Shown: in pieces, positions 50,857 to 61,296 of the stretch
Layout of the letters: each line of letters opens with the position of its first letter
Numbering within the stretch: the first letter of the stretch is position 1
Source of the DNA: Cyanobacteriota bacterium
GTDB lineage: Bacteria > Cyanobacteriota > Cyanobacteriia > Thermostichales > Thermostichaceae
NCBI GenBank assembly: GCA_033764955.1
Contig: JANRIL010000020.1
Location: forward strand, 1 to 64,000
Direction of reading: 5' to 3'
Length of the DNA: 64,000 nt
Notes under the pieces: generated by a model
Seen by the model: only the letters and a program-made list of their open reading frames with translations
Databases searched by the model: none
Told to the model about the DNA's origin: nothing
Program-made: the position numbers and the translations under genes

Positions 50857-51663
50857 ATGTTGGATGGAGCGAAACCTGCGATGGTGATCACCGTCGTCTG
50901 CTTGAGTGGCGGCTCGGGCAAAACCACCACCGCCTTGAACCTGGCAACCATGTTGTCCCATTATGGCAAGACCCTCGCGGTGGATTTTGATCCGCAGGGC
51001 AACCTCAGTCAGTGGATGGGACATACCGATCTTTCCGATTCAGCCACCATGGCAGAAACCGTTTTAACCGGAACGGATCGGGTCAGTATTAGTGACATTA
51101 TTCGCCCGCCCCTCAACGAAGATCGGCAAGAACGCCTGTGGCTAGCCCCCAGTGACTATAGTTTATCGCGGGCGATGGATGGGGTTGCCCTAGAGCCGGG
51201 ACGAGAGTTGTTTCTGCGACGTGCCCTCAAACCCATCCTGAAAAATTATCAATTTTTGGTGATTGATAGTCCCCCAGCCAAAGGATTGCTCACCTACAAC
51301 ACCATCTTGGCCGCCGATTATCTGGTGGTGCCCACAGAATGTACTCAAAAGGGGGTGATGGGTGCCCTCAGCACGATGATCTTGGTCAAGGAACTGGCCG
51401 AACTGGATTTTGATGTGCCGGAGGTGCTGGGCATCCTACCCACCCGCGAGCAGTGGGCAGGCAACAAACGCACCAAGATGTCGAAGGCTGCCTTAGAAGC
51501 CCTTGGGGAATTGTTGCAAGGGATCCGGATTTTCCCCTCCCTCAAACAAAGTACGGTGGTGCAGCAAACCAACAGCATGGGTTGGTCGCTGGCGGAGGCG
51601 GGGGAAGAGTTGCTGGCCGAACCCTATCGAGACGTGGTGAACCTTGTTTTGTCCAAACGCTAA
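50857..51663 (+). CDS. ParA-family ATPase, McdA-like deviant Walker A
   Basis: SGGSGKTT, DFDPQGN, IDSPP, VPTECTQKG. Confidence 0.88.
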   Translation: MLDGAKPAMVITVVCLSGGSGKTTTALNLATMLSHYGKTLAVDFDPQGNLSQWMGHTDLSDSATMAETVLTGTDRVSISDIIRPPLNEDRQERLWLAPSDYSLSRAMDGVALEPGRELFLRRALKPILKNYQFLVIDSPPAKGLLTYNTILAADYLVVPTECTQKGVMGALSTMILVKELAELDFDVPEVLGILPTREQWAGNKRTKMSKAALEALGELLQGIRIFPSLKQSTVVQQTNSMGWSLAEAGEELLAEPYRDVVNLVLSKR

Positions 51664-51675
51664 GGGATCCCTGGG

Positions 51676-52260
51676 ATGAAACCACCCCGCAAAAAAATTC
51701 CAACTGGCCCTACCAAAGCTGATCTACTGGCTCGTCTGGGATCCCCTGCCTTACCTGCCGCGGATCCCACCCCTAGCCCAGAGAATGTTGTCCCAAGCCT
51801 GGAGGATCCTTCTCCACCTGCGGATGCCTGTCCTACCCCTCAGCCTGCTCCCCAACCAGAAATAGTTGCCAGCCCCGTTGAGGGTGTGGATTCCGGGGGA
51901 GCCGGCCACCCACCCACCCAACAACCATCCGCCAGCCCGTCCGAACATGGCATCCTTTCCCAGGCGGCGGAAACCAAGCTGTCTAGTCTGGCCAGTCAGA
52001 CCAACCTACCCCCTGAGATCTGGTTGCACGTCCTCATCCTGGCCTGGGATCGCCTGGATCCGGCTATGCAGGAAACCTTGATTTTAGAGGCTCACCGCGT
52101 CAGGGTTGAACGATTGCTGGCGGGTCAAAGCAAAACCCTGGCGGCCATTGAGCGGCTTTTACAAGGGCACGCAGATAGCAACGGAGCTGCCCTCCCCCCC
52201 GTTCGGGATGGGCTTAGGCCGCCAGAGGGGCTGGACGAGCCTGCCGCACCGCCTCGATAA
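51676..52260 (+). CDS. Hypothetical ParA partner (basic N-terminus, Pro-rich disordered region, helical C-domain)
   Basis: Starts 12 bp after the parA stop, same strand. Confidence 0.7.
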   Translation: MKPPRKKIPTGPTKADLLARLGSPALPAADPTPSPENVVPSLEDPSPPADACPTPQPAPQPEIVASPVEGVDSGGAGHPPTQQPSASPSEHGILSQAAETKLSSLASQTNLPPEIWLHVLILAWDRLDPAMQETLILEAHRVRVERLLAGQSKTLAAIERLLQGHADSNGAALPPVRDGLRPPEGLDEPAAPPR

Positions 52261-52945
52261 ACGCAGCAAATAGAGCTTGATGACCCGGTTCATCCATAGA
52301 AAATTCGGGATGCCACTGAATCGCCATCGCCCAGGGATGCTGCTGATGTTCAATGGCCTCAATCAATCCATCGGGGGCGTAGGCCACCGCCTGCCAGCCC
52401 GGAGGGGCAAACTGGATCCCTTGATGATGCCATGACACGACCGAAAGGGTTTCGCCCTGAATCATCTTCGCCAAACGGGATCCTTTGCTCACCTGCACAT
52501 CATGACGGATGGGAACCAGATCCACGGGACAAAAATGATGCACCTCCCCAAACTGTTCCGGTACATGGGGAAACAATTTGCCACCGCTCACAACACTCAA
52601 AACCTGCATTCCCCGACAGATCCCCAAAATGGGCTTAGACTGCTGCATAGCGATCTGCGCCAGATCCAACTCAAACTGATCTCGCTCCGAACAGACGTAG
52701 CGCACCATCGGATGATCATCCCCGCCATAGGTCATCGGATCGAGATCCCCTCCCCCTGACAGCACCAATCCATCCACCAGCTCAAGCAGGGGGTGTAGCT
52801 GATCTTCTCCGGGGGTCAACAGGATGGGCAGTCCGCCCGCCCCCAGTAGCGCGTCAACATATTTGCCAGCCAAGGCATAATCATCCGTTTCGTTGCGATG
52901 GCGGGTGGTAATCCCAATTAAGGGGCGAGAATTGGACAGACTCAT
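52214..52945 (-). CDS. Peptidase C26 / gamma-glutamyl-GABA hydrolase family
   Basis: LSGGGDLDP, GICRGMQ, SWHHQG, QWHPE. Confidence 0.9.
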   Translation of the reverse strand: MSLSNSRPLIGITTRHRNETDDYALAGKYVDALLGAGGLPILLTPGEDQLHPLLELVDGLVLSGGGDLDPMTYGGDDHPMVRYVCSERDQFELDLAQIAMQQSKPILGICRGMQVLSVVSGGKLFPHVPEQFGEVHHFCPVDLVPIRHDVQVSKGSRLAKMIQGETLSVVSWHHQGIQFAPPGWQAVAYAPDGLIEAIEHQQHPWAMAIQWHPEFSMDEPGHQALFAAFIEAVRQARPAPLAA

Positions 52946-53186
52946 CCGTGCTGAGGGTAAGAAGCGTGAAAGGGAATTCAGTTAGGGGAAAGTTAGGGTG
53001 AGATTTTAATAATAAGGAATATTTCTAACACACCCGACGGGTTAAAACCACTTTTCCTATTTTCCCGTTCGCAAAATCGGGGGATCCCCATTGGGTGGTC
53101 TCCTTTTTTGGAGGGGAGTAGCTTGAGAAGATAAAGATTTGTGGAGACTGCCGATAGACTAGAGAAGCATTTCTGTTTTTTGCTCC

Positions 53187-54833
53187 GTGCCTGTTTCTAG
53201 CCCCACCTCTGCCTTTACCGCCGAACAAATTCTATTTGAGCGAGCCATTCCCCAAGCCGACGCCATTCCCGTTATTTTTGCCTTTCCCAATACCTACGCC
53301 GTCGGGATCACTAGCTTGGGTTATCAGGTGATTTGGGGGATGCTAGCCAGCCGCTGCGATGTGGCGGTGGCACGGCTATTTACCGACATCGCGGAACCCT
53401 TACCCCGTCATCCTGAGTTGCTGGGGTTTTCGGTGTCTTGGGAACTGGATTATGTGAATATCCTCAACCTCCTAGAAGCCCACGGGATCCCCCTGCACAG
53501 TCAGGATCGTCAGGATACGGATCCCCTCATTTTTGGGGGAGGCCCCGTGTTGAGTGCCAACCCCGAACCGTTTGCGGATTTTTTTGATGTGATAGTGCTG
53601 GGGGATGGCGAGGGAGCGATGGATGCCTTGATCGAGACCTATCAATCGGTTCGCGGGGCAACGCGGCGGGAAAAACTGCTTCAGCTTGCCAGGGTCTCCG
53701 GCATGTATGTCCCCCGTTTCTATCAGCCGATCTATCACGGGAAAGGGGATCCCTTCTACAAGCTGGAGGTGACGGAGACAGGGATCCCCTTTCCGGTGGA
53801 GCGACGCACCTATCGGGGACGGCAGCTTTCGGTATCAACGGTGGTCACCCCCCAAGCCGCCTGGGAAAACATTTTTATGGTGGAGGTAGCACGCAGTTGC
53901 CCGGAGATGTGCCGCTTTTGTCTGGCCAGTTATCTGACCTTACCCTTCCGCGCGGCGGCGGTGCCCGATCATTTGATTCCGGCGGTGGAATGGGGGTTGC
54001 GCCACACTGATCGGATTGGGCTGCTGGGAGCTTCCGTCACTCAACACCCGCAGTTTTCGGAGCTTTTGGACTATCTGGCTCAAGACTGTTTTGATCACGT
54101 TCGCCTGAGTTTGGCTTCGGTTCGCACCGGAACGGTTACCCCACGGCTGGCGGAAGTCTTGAGGCGGCGGGGTAGCCAGTCGATCACGGTGGCGATTGAG
54201 AGTGGATCGGAGCGATTGCGCCAGATCATCAACAAAAAGCTCAGTAATCCCGAAATTCTGGCCGCGGCGGCGGCGGCGCAAATGGGGGGACTATCCAGCA
54301 TTAAGTTTTATGGGATGGTGGGGATCCCTGGAGAAATCGACCCAGATTTACAAGACACCCTTGACTTGTTGGTTCACCTCAAAAAAGTGGCTCCCCGTCT
54401 ACGCTATAGCCTAGGGTGCAGCACCTTCGTTCCCAAAGCCCACACACCGTTTCAGTGGTATGGGGTTGACCCCAGCGCCGAAAAAAAGCTGTCATCCTTC
54501 GCCAAACATTTGCGACCTTTAGGGGTGGAGTTTCGCCCGGAGAGCTACAACTGGTCGGTGATCCAAGCCCTGATCGCCCGCGGGGATCGGCGGGTAGGAC
54601 GGGTGCTGGAATTGGCACGCGGTTTCGGGGATTCTTTAGGCAGCTATCGACGCGCTTTCAAAGCCCTACGAGGAGAACTCCCTCCCCTCGATCACTACGT
54701 GTTTGCCCACTGGTCAACCGACGATCCGCTACCGTGGGGACATGTGCAGGGATCCCTTAGCCCAGAGCGCCTGATCGACCATCAACAGCAGTCTGCCCAA
54801 CTCATGGGGATCCCGCAAAATCGGCATGAGTGA
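53187..54833 (+). CDS. Radical SAM protein (B12-binding-like N-terminus)
   Basis: CPEMCRFC CX3CX2C; FPNTY, FVPKAHTPFQ. Confidence 0.9.
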   Translation: MPVSSPTSAFTAEQILFERAIPQADAIPVIFAFPNTYAVGITSLGYQVIWGMLASRCDVAVARLFTDIAEPLPRHPELLGFSVSWELDYVNILNLLEAHGIPLHSQDRQDTDPLIFGGGPVLSANPEPFADFFDVIVLGDGEGAMDALIETYQSVRGATRREKLLQLARVSGMYVPRFYQPIYHGKGDPFYKLEVTETGIPFPVERRTYRGRQLSVSTVVTPQAAWENIFMVEVARSCPEMCRFCLASYLTLPFRAAAVPDHLIPAVEWGLRHTDRIGLLGASVTQHPQFSELLDYLAQDCFDHVRLSLASVRTGTVTPRLAEVLRRRGSQSITVAIESGSERLRQIINKKLSNPEILAAAAAAQMGGLSSIKFYGMVGIPGEIDPDLQDTLDLLVHLKKVAPRLRYSLGCSTFVPKAHTPFQWYGVDPSAEKKLSSFAKHLRPLGVEFRPESYNWSVIQALIARGDRRVGRVLELARGFGDSLGSYRRAFKALRGELPPLDHYVFAHWSTDDPLPWGHVQGSLSPERLIDHQQQSAQLMGIPQNRHE

Positions 54834-54933
54834 CCCAGAGAATATGACAAAGTAGGAAGTTAACCTTGTCGAGACATCCACAACTACTTATAGTGGTGAA
54901 AAAAGAACAGTATCTTCTAATCACACTAAATAT

Positions 54934-55968
54934 ATGAAAGTGCTGACGGGATCCCGATCTGATCTTGGCAAAGATCCAGGGTCGCTCAACCGTTCCCTTC
55001 CGCTCCTGCCACTGATTTTGTTGGGGATGGTGGCTCTCGGCTGGGGGATAGTGGTGGGGTGGAGCGATTTTTTTGGGCACAGTTGGGCGTTGCAGCTATT
55101 AGGACTGCCACAGATAATCGCAGCCGGCACACTGATTCTATTGGCTGCTTTTGGGCTGGGCTTCTGGGCACATCCCCCTCGCAACGCCGTTTTTTTGCCA
55201 GTTTTCGTAGCTGGCTTGTCTGGCCTCCTGTTAGTGGGTTTTGCGGGTGCGGGGGTTCTCATGCAAGCCTTTTTGACAGCTTCCCTTTACGCATTTAGCC
55301 TGTTAGCAACCCGCCTCTTGGGGGGATTTGAGCCTGTGCAGCCTACCCTCACCCAGGCAGTGAGTAGCTACGCCAGCCACACTTTTGTCTTTACGAGTCA
55401 GTTGGCCGCCTGGATATCAGGATTACTGTTGGTGGGAACCTTGGCGGGGGTAAGTTTGCGAGCTTTGCAACAGCGGGGGTGGCTGCTCAGTGGAGCCAGT
55501 TGGCTAGTGTTGGTCATCTTGGGAGGAGGGATTAGCTTGGGCTGGCATCGGCTGGAGATTTTGGGCTTGGGGTTGGCGGCGGCAGCGATAGTGGCAATGC
55601 CGTTGTGGATTTTTGAGCAAATGCAGGGATCCCCCTGGGGAAAAAGTGGGGCATCTCTTGTGTCTATGGGGGTAGCTACGATTGGCGTGAGTTGTCTGGC
55701 TGCCGGATGGTGGGGAATCAGCCACGTTTTGCCCTGGACAGGACTAGCCACGGCTTTATTATTACTGGTGGCTCCGTTGGTCGTGATGTTTGAGCAAGCG
55801 CAGCGGCGGGGACTTGCCCAAGAGGTGGCGGTTTTGCTCAGTTTGATGACCTCCGTGATTCCTGCCTTGGGGCTGGCTCTAGGGATTGCCACAGCGCAGC
55901 CCTCCCCCAATAGCCCCATCCAAAAGTCTCACCAGCCTTTAGCTGATCAATCCGCCCACTTGCCCTAG
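54934..55968 (+). CDS. Polytopic membrane protein, unknown function
   Basis: Many hydrophobic segments over 344 aa. Confidence 0.7.
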   Translation: MKVLTGSRSDLGKDPGSLNRSLPLLPLILLGMVALGWGIVVGWSDFFGHSWALQLLGLPQIIAAGTLILLAAFGLGFWAHPPRNAVFLPVFVAGLSGLLLVGFAGAGVLMQAFLTASLYAFSLLATRLLGGFEPVQPTLTQAVSSYASHTFVFTSQLAAWISGLLLVGTLAGVSLRALQQRGWLLSGASWLVLVILGGGISLGWHRLEILGLGLAAAAIVAMPLWIFEQMQGSPWGKSGASLVSMGVATIGVSCLAAGWWGISHVLPWTGLATALLLLVAPLVVMFEQAQRRGLAQEVAVLLSLMTSVIPALGLALGIATAQPSPNSPIQKSHQPLADQSAHLP

Positions 55969-56121
55969 TTTCTCCTCGAACAAGCTGAGTGAGAAGTCAT
56001 GTGACGTTTTTGGTCAATCCGCTGCACTAGGGTTGTTACAACGAAACTGCATAACCCGTCAAATCCAGACTAGGGAAAGCTTCCTTAATTCCACCCGTTA
56101 TGGTTTCTGGTTAGCTCAGAA

Positions 56122-57225
56122 TTAGGCAAAGGAAATCAGCAAATAGGGTTCTTGAAACTTTGCTCCGGTCACCTGGCGACCTGCCAACGGGGGGGGCAAA
56201 AACAAGTTTCGCCGTTGATCCCCTGCGGTAATAGTCAATTCTGGTCCCGATTGACTCAGTTCGATTTGATTTTTACTAAAGCCAGGAATAAATAACTTAA
56301 CGGTGCGAGCTTGTTCATCAATCGCTACCGCAGGTGGCACATCCGGGATCCCCAGCAGTCCAGCCGCCACCGATTCTAGTTCTGACCAGTCGGATCCCTG
56401 ATAGCGAGGCACTTGCCGCACCAAGAGAGGGCTAAACTCATTCGCGTCCACGTTCCCATTCGCCAAGGGAGAAACCAACAGACTGCCCACCGTCACCCCC
56501 ACCATCTGGGCACTTCCCCAGAGAAATTTAGCGGTTTGGATCGCCATTGGATCCGCCGTCGTTACCAAATGAGCTAAGACCCGCTTCGGATCCGTCAGCG
56601 CCTGTCGTCCTGCTTCCAAAATATCGGTGCCTCCCCTCATTTGATTGGGCAGATCCTCGAGGGAGGAAAAATCCACATTCGTGATGGAGCGCAGTAGCGG
56701 TTCCGCAAAAGGTCGCAGAGTCTTGGCTAAATCCGACTGCAAAAAGGCTTTAGAAGCCCGCCGCCAATACCAACTCGCCACCTCTGGGATCCCTAACATC
56801 CGCAAAACTGTCTGATCCCCAGAGCCGTCATAGATGATGCTGTCATACTGACCACTGGCATCAAATCGGCGCAGGGCATCCAGCGTAATCGCCTGATCCA
56901 TGCCAGGGAGAACGGCTAGCTCCTGACCATAAATTTCTTTAAAAAAAGGTGTCTTCACATACTGAGCTTCCAGCTCTTTCGCCTGTGTCCAACTTTGCTC
57001 CAGCAACAGGGTGGTTTTCAGTTGAACAACATAGAGATTAGCGGCGATGGAAGTGGGTTCTCCAGAGAGAGGGATCCCTCCCAACAGATAGGACAAGCTA
57101 GGGCTAGACTGATGGCTAACCAACAAAACACGTCGCCCCTGTTGCGCGGCAGCTTTAGCGGTGGCGAGGGCGAGAGTGGTGCGTCCCACACCTCCCTTGC
57201 CCAGAAACGTCAGGATTTGACTCAT
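56122..57225 (-). CDS. ArsA/Get3-family ATPase (Get3d-like, C-terminal HSP20-like domain)
   Basis: FLGKGGVGRTT, LPGMD; C-terminal LFIPGFSK...QRRNLFLP; start ATG 57225. Confidence 0.85.
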   Translation of the reverse strand: MSQILTFLGKGGVGRTTLALATAKAAAQQGRRVLLVSHQSSPSLSYLLGGIPLSGEPTSIAANLYVVQLKTTLLLEQSWTQAKELEAQYVKTPFFKEIYGQELAVLPGMDQAITLDALRRFDASGQYDSIIYDGSGDQTVLRMLGIPEVASWYWRRASKAFLQSDLAKTLRPFAEPLLRSITNVDFSSLEDLPNQMRGGTDILEAGRQALTDPKRVLAHLVTTADPMAIQTAKFLWGSAQMVGVTVGSLLVSPLANGNVDANEFSPLLVRQVPRYQGSDWSELESVAAGLLGIPDVPPAVAIDEQARTVKLFIPGFSKNQIELSQSGPELTITAGDQRRNLFLPPPLAGRQVTGAKFQEPYLLISFA

Positions 57226-57265
57226 AAAGTAGCAATCTTGTGAAGTGGCAGCTAGGGCAAAAGGG

Positions 57266-57580
57266 CTATGACCGCTCTCGCACCAGGGTAGGACGATCCT
57301 CCCGTGGACGGGATCCCTGGGGTTCATAGAGATCCAGATGAACTTGCTGCTGCACCATTTGAGCAGCGGCGGCTAGGAGTTGGCGAATTGCTTGCAGCGT
57401 TCGTCCTCCCCGGCCTAAGACACGCCCTTTATCTTTAGGGTCAAAGGCCACTCGTAACCAGATTTTTGAACCGCCGCAGGTGATTTCCCGATCTACGGTC
57501 AAGGTGGTTAAATCCTCAACCAAAGGCTCCAGCAACAAACGGGTTAAGGCAGCATAGTCGGGTGTTGGCTGGGTTGGCAA
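57266..57580 (-). CDS. khpA: KH-domain RNA-binding protein KhpA
   Basis: DKGRVLGRGGRTLQAIR; follows rpsP. Confidence 0.88.
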   Translation of the reverse strand: MPTQPTPDYAALTRLLLEPLVEDLTTLTVDREITCGGSKIWLRVAFDPKDKGRVLGRGGRTLQAIRQLLAAAAQMVQQQVHLDLYEPQGSRPREDRPTLVRERS

Positions 57581-57623
57581 AGCATTTCCCCCTTGCTGTG
57601 GTCAACTCAAAGTTTAGGCTGCT

Positions 57624-58193
57624 TCAGGAGGCTTCGTCACTAACGGTTGTCTCTATAACCGACTCTTCTTCAGCAGAATCGGTAACAGAGTCAGGAACAG
57701 TAACCGTTTCGCCCATTTCAACACCATCAGCCTGGGCTACTGCCTGGATAACTTCATCTTCGGCTTCCGGCTGAATCGCTTCTGTCACAGCATCCTCAAG
57801 GACTTCGGGCAGTCCAATCGGCTCGGATCCCACCGCTTCAGGGGCTAGTTCGCTCTCCACATCGGTGTCCGCCACCGGATCCACAACCGCCGCGATGGTC
57901 TTGACAACCGCCGGGATCCGCACAGTGGCCGCCACCCCTTCGCCACCCGCCTTCAACATCTCGTAGACTCCGGCTTTTTTGAGAATGGCATCCAATGTAT
58001 CGGTGGGCTGTGCCCCATACCGCAGCCACTTCAAGAGGTCTTGGGTTCGCAAAACGGTTTCTTTGGTGCGCGGATTGTAGAACCCTAACTCTTGCAGGGG
58101 ACGGGCTTGGCGGCGGGCATGGCTGTCAATCGCCACAATCCGATAGCTGGGTTCTCTTTTCTTGCCATAGCGCTTAAGCCGCAGTTTTACCAT
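57624..58193 (-). CDS. rpsP: 30S ribosomal protein S16 with acidic C-terminal extension
   Basis: [12 protein letters not shown]...YRIV...LGFYNP...GAQPTDT. Confidence 0.95.
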   Translation of the reverse strand: MVKLRLKRYGKKREPSYRIVAIDSHARRQARPLQELGFYNPRTKETVLRTQDLLKWLRYGAQPTDTLDAILKKAGVYEMLKAGGEGVAATVRIPAVVKTIAAVVDPVADTDVESELAPEAVGSEPIGLPEVLEDAVTEAIQPEAEDEVIQAVAQADGVEMGETVTVPDSVTDSAEEESVIETTVSDEAS

Positions 58194-58458
58194 GAGGTGG
58201 ATGCTCCTTAACGTTGTGTGAAATGAGGGATGGGTTGGGATAGAAAAAACCGCACACTTGAGTTCAGAATCTTCAGGCTCAGTTGAGTCGGATAATAGTC
58301 ACAGGCATACTAGTCTAACGCAAAATTCTTGATCACAGAAGCAGGTAAAAATAAGCTGGCTACCCATGACCACTCCCAATATCTGAAGATTGGGTGATGT
58401 CTCACCTACCTAACCTTCACGGTTCGGGATCCCCTCCAATCGCTCTCCCAGTCCCACC

Positions 58459-60372
58459 ATGCCTACCCCGCTTCTAGAACTTTTCCAGCGACTTTTCCCC
58501 AAACTTCTGTCTCGACAGGGGTGGCTGCACCTCCAAACCATTGGTCAGTCCCATTACGGACTACTGATGGTAGCCATAGCTGTGGCGGTGGGCTTAAATC
58601 CGATGGTTAACCAGGGCTACCCCGAAACCCATTCTCTGGAATACAACCTGATCTGGACATTCCAATACGATCAGCAGTTTTTAGCCGGACAATTCTACCC
58701 CCGGTGGCTAGAGCAGTCCTGGGGAAGTTTGGGTAGCCCCAGCTTCTATTTCTACGGCCCGATCTGTATGGTGGCGACTCTGCCTTTTGCCCTGCTGGGC
58801 TGGGATCCTACCTGGCGGATGGTGGGGGCGATGGGTTTGGCAATGGTGGTCATGGGGCTGGGGGCTTATCTCTACAGCAGGCAACTTTTTCAGGGATCCC
58901 CTCCCTGGTTGCACGGCCTTGTGGCGAGTTTGGCGGTGCTATCCCCCTACTTTTTAGAAAATATTTATATCCGTGGGGCGATGGGGGAGGTGTGGGCAAT
59001 GGCCTGCCTGCCTTGGGTTTTAGCCACCATGCATCGAAGTCTTTCCGGCTATCAATCCTGGGGATCCCCTTTTTTAGCCATTGCTTACGCGCTGTTTGCC
59101 CTTTGCCATCCCCCCACCCTACTGCTATTCACCCTGCTTTGGCTGCTGATTCCCTTCATCACCACTCGCCGCTGGTCGCAATGGAAAATTTGGCTGTGGC
59201 GGGTTTATTTCCCGATGATCCTGGGATTGGGGTTGGCGAGTTTTTATCTGTTGCCCGCCGTCATCGACCAAGAGCACATCAGCCTCCACCACATGGGCTT
59301 CGCCAATCCTCTGGGACGCATTTTGGTGAAAGGATTGGGTCAGCTTCAGCCCCAACTCACCCGCGAAACCTACGATGTCAACCTTTTGCCGATTTATTGG
59401 CTAACCATCGCCGTGATGCTGCTGGCCGGATGGACGCTCTGGAAACATCCCCAGCGCTTTAGCCATTCCCTACACATCCAAACCCAGGTTTTGTTAATCG
59501 GCTCAATAGTCGGGCTGATTATGATGACCGATTTAGGTTCGGGTATCTTTCGCCTATTTCCACTACTGCAAAAAATTCAATTTTCCTGGCGATGGATGGC
59601 GATTACTGGGGTCATGTTTCCTTTTTTGTGGGGAATTTTTCTCCAGATAAAACTTGACTCCCTTCAGTCAGAAAAATACACTATCTTCAGAAAAATATTT
59701 TGGCGAAATAGCCTATTACTGATCACAGCTCTGCTCTTAATATTTAGCTTTTCCACTAATCTACAAAAAATACCCTTCAGCCCCAGACGCATGGCCGATC
59801 TTGATTACTATTTTCAAGCCAAGCCTATCTTTCCTCAAGAAGCCGATTTAGAAGCAGAACCCTTCCAACCTCTGGGACGTGCCCTCTTCATCAATGCTGA
59901 TCAACAACTGATCATCGAAGATGTTTGGGAGTATTTACCGGCCTGGATCCCTTCCACCCAGCTAATCAGAAAAAATCATGAGCTAATCGAATCGGATCCC
60001 TCTCCCGTCCAAATTTCCGGCCTGCTTTGGCAATTCGGTCATCGCCAGTTTGTGGTCGAAGCCCGCCGCGAAAGTTTGCTGACTCTGCGGATGTATGCTT
60101 GGCCCTGCTGGGCGGTCAACGTTAATGGTCAACCGACAGATTTATTACGTGCTCCCGACGGACGATTACAGGTGCGGATCCCATCGGGTCGCTCCGCTAT
60201 TCAAGTTACTCTCAAGGGAACAGTTGCCGAGCGCTGGGGATGGATCGATAGCGGGTTATCGCTGATAGTTTGGCTGGTTTTTGTTCTCCAATTTCGTTCT
60301 CGCTCCCCTCGCTTTCGCAGAGATTCAGGGATCCCCAAGGTTGCCACAAGCTGTCGGGAGGGGGATCCCTAA
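58459..60372 (+). CDS. GT-C/YfhO-like polytopic membrane protein
   Basis: YPRW, FYFYGP, IYIRGAMGE, IQFSWRW, WAVNVNG. Confidence 0.75.
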   Translation: MPTPLLELFQRLFPKLLSRQGWLHLQTIGQSHYGLLMVAIAVAVGLNPMVNQGYPETHSLEYNLIWTFQYDQQFLAGQFYPRWLEQSWGSLGSPSFYFYGPICMVATLPFALLGWDPTWRMVGAMGLAMVVMGLGAYLYSRQLFQGSPPWLHGLVASLAVLSPYFLENIYIRGAMGEVWAMACLPWVLATMHRSLSGYQSWGSPFLAIAYALFALCHPPTLLLFTLLWLLIPFITTRRWSQWKIWLWRVYFPMILGLGLASFYLLPAVIDQEHISLHHMGFANPLGRILVKGLGQLQPQLTRETYDVNLLPIYWLTIAVMLLAGWTLWKHPQRFSHSLHIQTQVLLIGSIVGLIMMTDLGSGIFRLFPLLQKIQFSWRWMAITGVMFPFLWGIFLQIKLDSLQSEKYTIFRKIFWRNSLLLITALLLIFSFSTNLQKIPFSPRRMADLDYYFQAKPIFPQEADLEAEPFQPLGRALFINADQQLIIEDVWEYLPAWIPSTQLIRKNHELIESDPSPVQISGLLWQFGHRQFVVEARRESLLTLRMYAWPCWAVNVNGQPTDLLRAPDGRLQVRIPSGRSAIQVTLKGTVAERWGWIDSGLSLIVWLVFVLQFRSRSPRFRRDSGIPKVATSCREGDP

Positions 60373-60416
60373 AAGTTGACGGCGAATCTCAGGAGAATCC
60401 CTCCTTGAACTGTGCT

Positions 60417-60704
60417 TTAGCCATTGTGGGATCCCTCCTCTAGCCGTTGAACGATATGGCGAATCTCCCCTAGCAGCACATCAAAGCGCTGATCCTGTTC
60501 TGCTTGCCGTTGCAGGATGGCGGTCTGTTGCTGTTGTATGGCGGCTTGTTGTTGGGCAAGTCGTAGCATCTCCTCAGCCAGAAATCCCATCTGGGTTTGG
60601 GTTGCCAGTTGAGCCTCTGTTAAGCGCCGGATCCCAGTGCTGCTGGCATCCGCCACGCGCTCGATAGCCGCTGCCAATCGGTCAAACTTCTCTTCATCGG
60701 TCAT
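60417..60704 (-). CDS. Small Q-rich coiled-coil hypothetical protein
   Basis: 95 aa, starts 2 bp after the DUF29 stop. Confidence 0.65.
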   Translation of the reverse strand: MTDEEKFDRLAAAIERVADASSTGIRRLTEAQLATQTQMGFLAEEMLRLAQQQAAIQQQQTAILQRQAEQDQRFDVLLGEIRHIVQRLEEGSHNG

Positions 60705-60706
60705 GA

Positions 60707-61147
60707 TTAGATATCCTCCGGCAAAAAATCGGGATCCATGATTTGCTCAAAGCGGTAGGGACAGTTGGCTGGGAAAGTAGCTTGATCCAGATTAGTTTCC
60801 CTAACCGCTTGTTGGATCCCTAGTCGATAACCCATAGCCAACAGATCATCCAGGGATCCCTTAAGACTGGGATTGTCTTCTATCAAGATTTCCAGTTGGA
60901 TCCGTTGCTCCTCGATTGTGGCTATCCAACTGCGGCTCCGTAGAGCAGGCTGATACTGCCACTTGAGGAGGTGAGAGAGCAACACCGCTAGACGGTTACG
61001 GAACTCTTGGCGTTGCTGTTTCCCCAAAGACAAGACCTCTTCAATCAGATTTTGGATGTCCAAGGATCCCCATTGCTGGGATCCCAATAGTCGGGCTTGC
61101 TCCTCTGTCCAGGCCAGAAAGTCTTGGTCATAGAGTGGGATAGTCAT
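60707..61147 (-). CDS. DUF29 family protein
   Basis: LYDQDFLAW, HLLKWQYQP, SWIATI, NPSLK, FPANCPY. Confidence 0.9.
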   Translation of the reverse strand: MTIPLYDQDFLAWTEEQARLLGSQQWGSLDIQNLIEEVLSLGKQQRQEFRNRLAVLLSHLLKWQYQPALRSRSWIATIEEQRIQLEILIEDNPSLKGSLDDLLAMGYRLGIQQAVRETNLDQATFPANCPYRFEQIMDPDFLPEDI

Positions 61148-61161
61148 TGTTAGGATCCCTC

Positions 61162-61296
61162 TCACAAACTGGCAGCGATTCTGAACACAATCCCGACCAC
61201 AGCCACCGTTAACCGCCCGTTATTCACCGCCACATCCTGACGGATCGCTTCGATAGCGGTCAGGATTTGATCGAAACGGTCGTCTGTCTGATCCAT
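61162..61296 (-). CDS. 44-aa small protein, missed by the ORF track
   Basis: AGGAGG RBS; MDQTDDRFDQILTAIEAIRQDVAVNNGRLTVAVVGIVFRIAASL. Confidence 0.55.
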   Translation of the reverse strand: MDQTDDRFDQILTAIEAIRQDVAVNNGRLTVAVVGIVFRIAASL

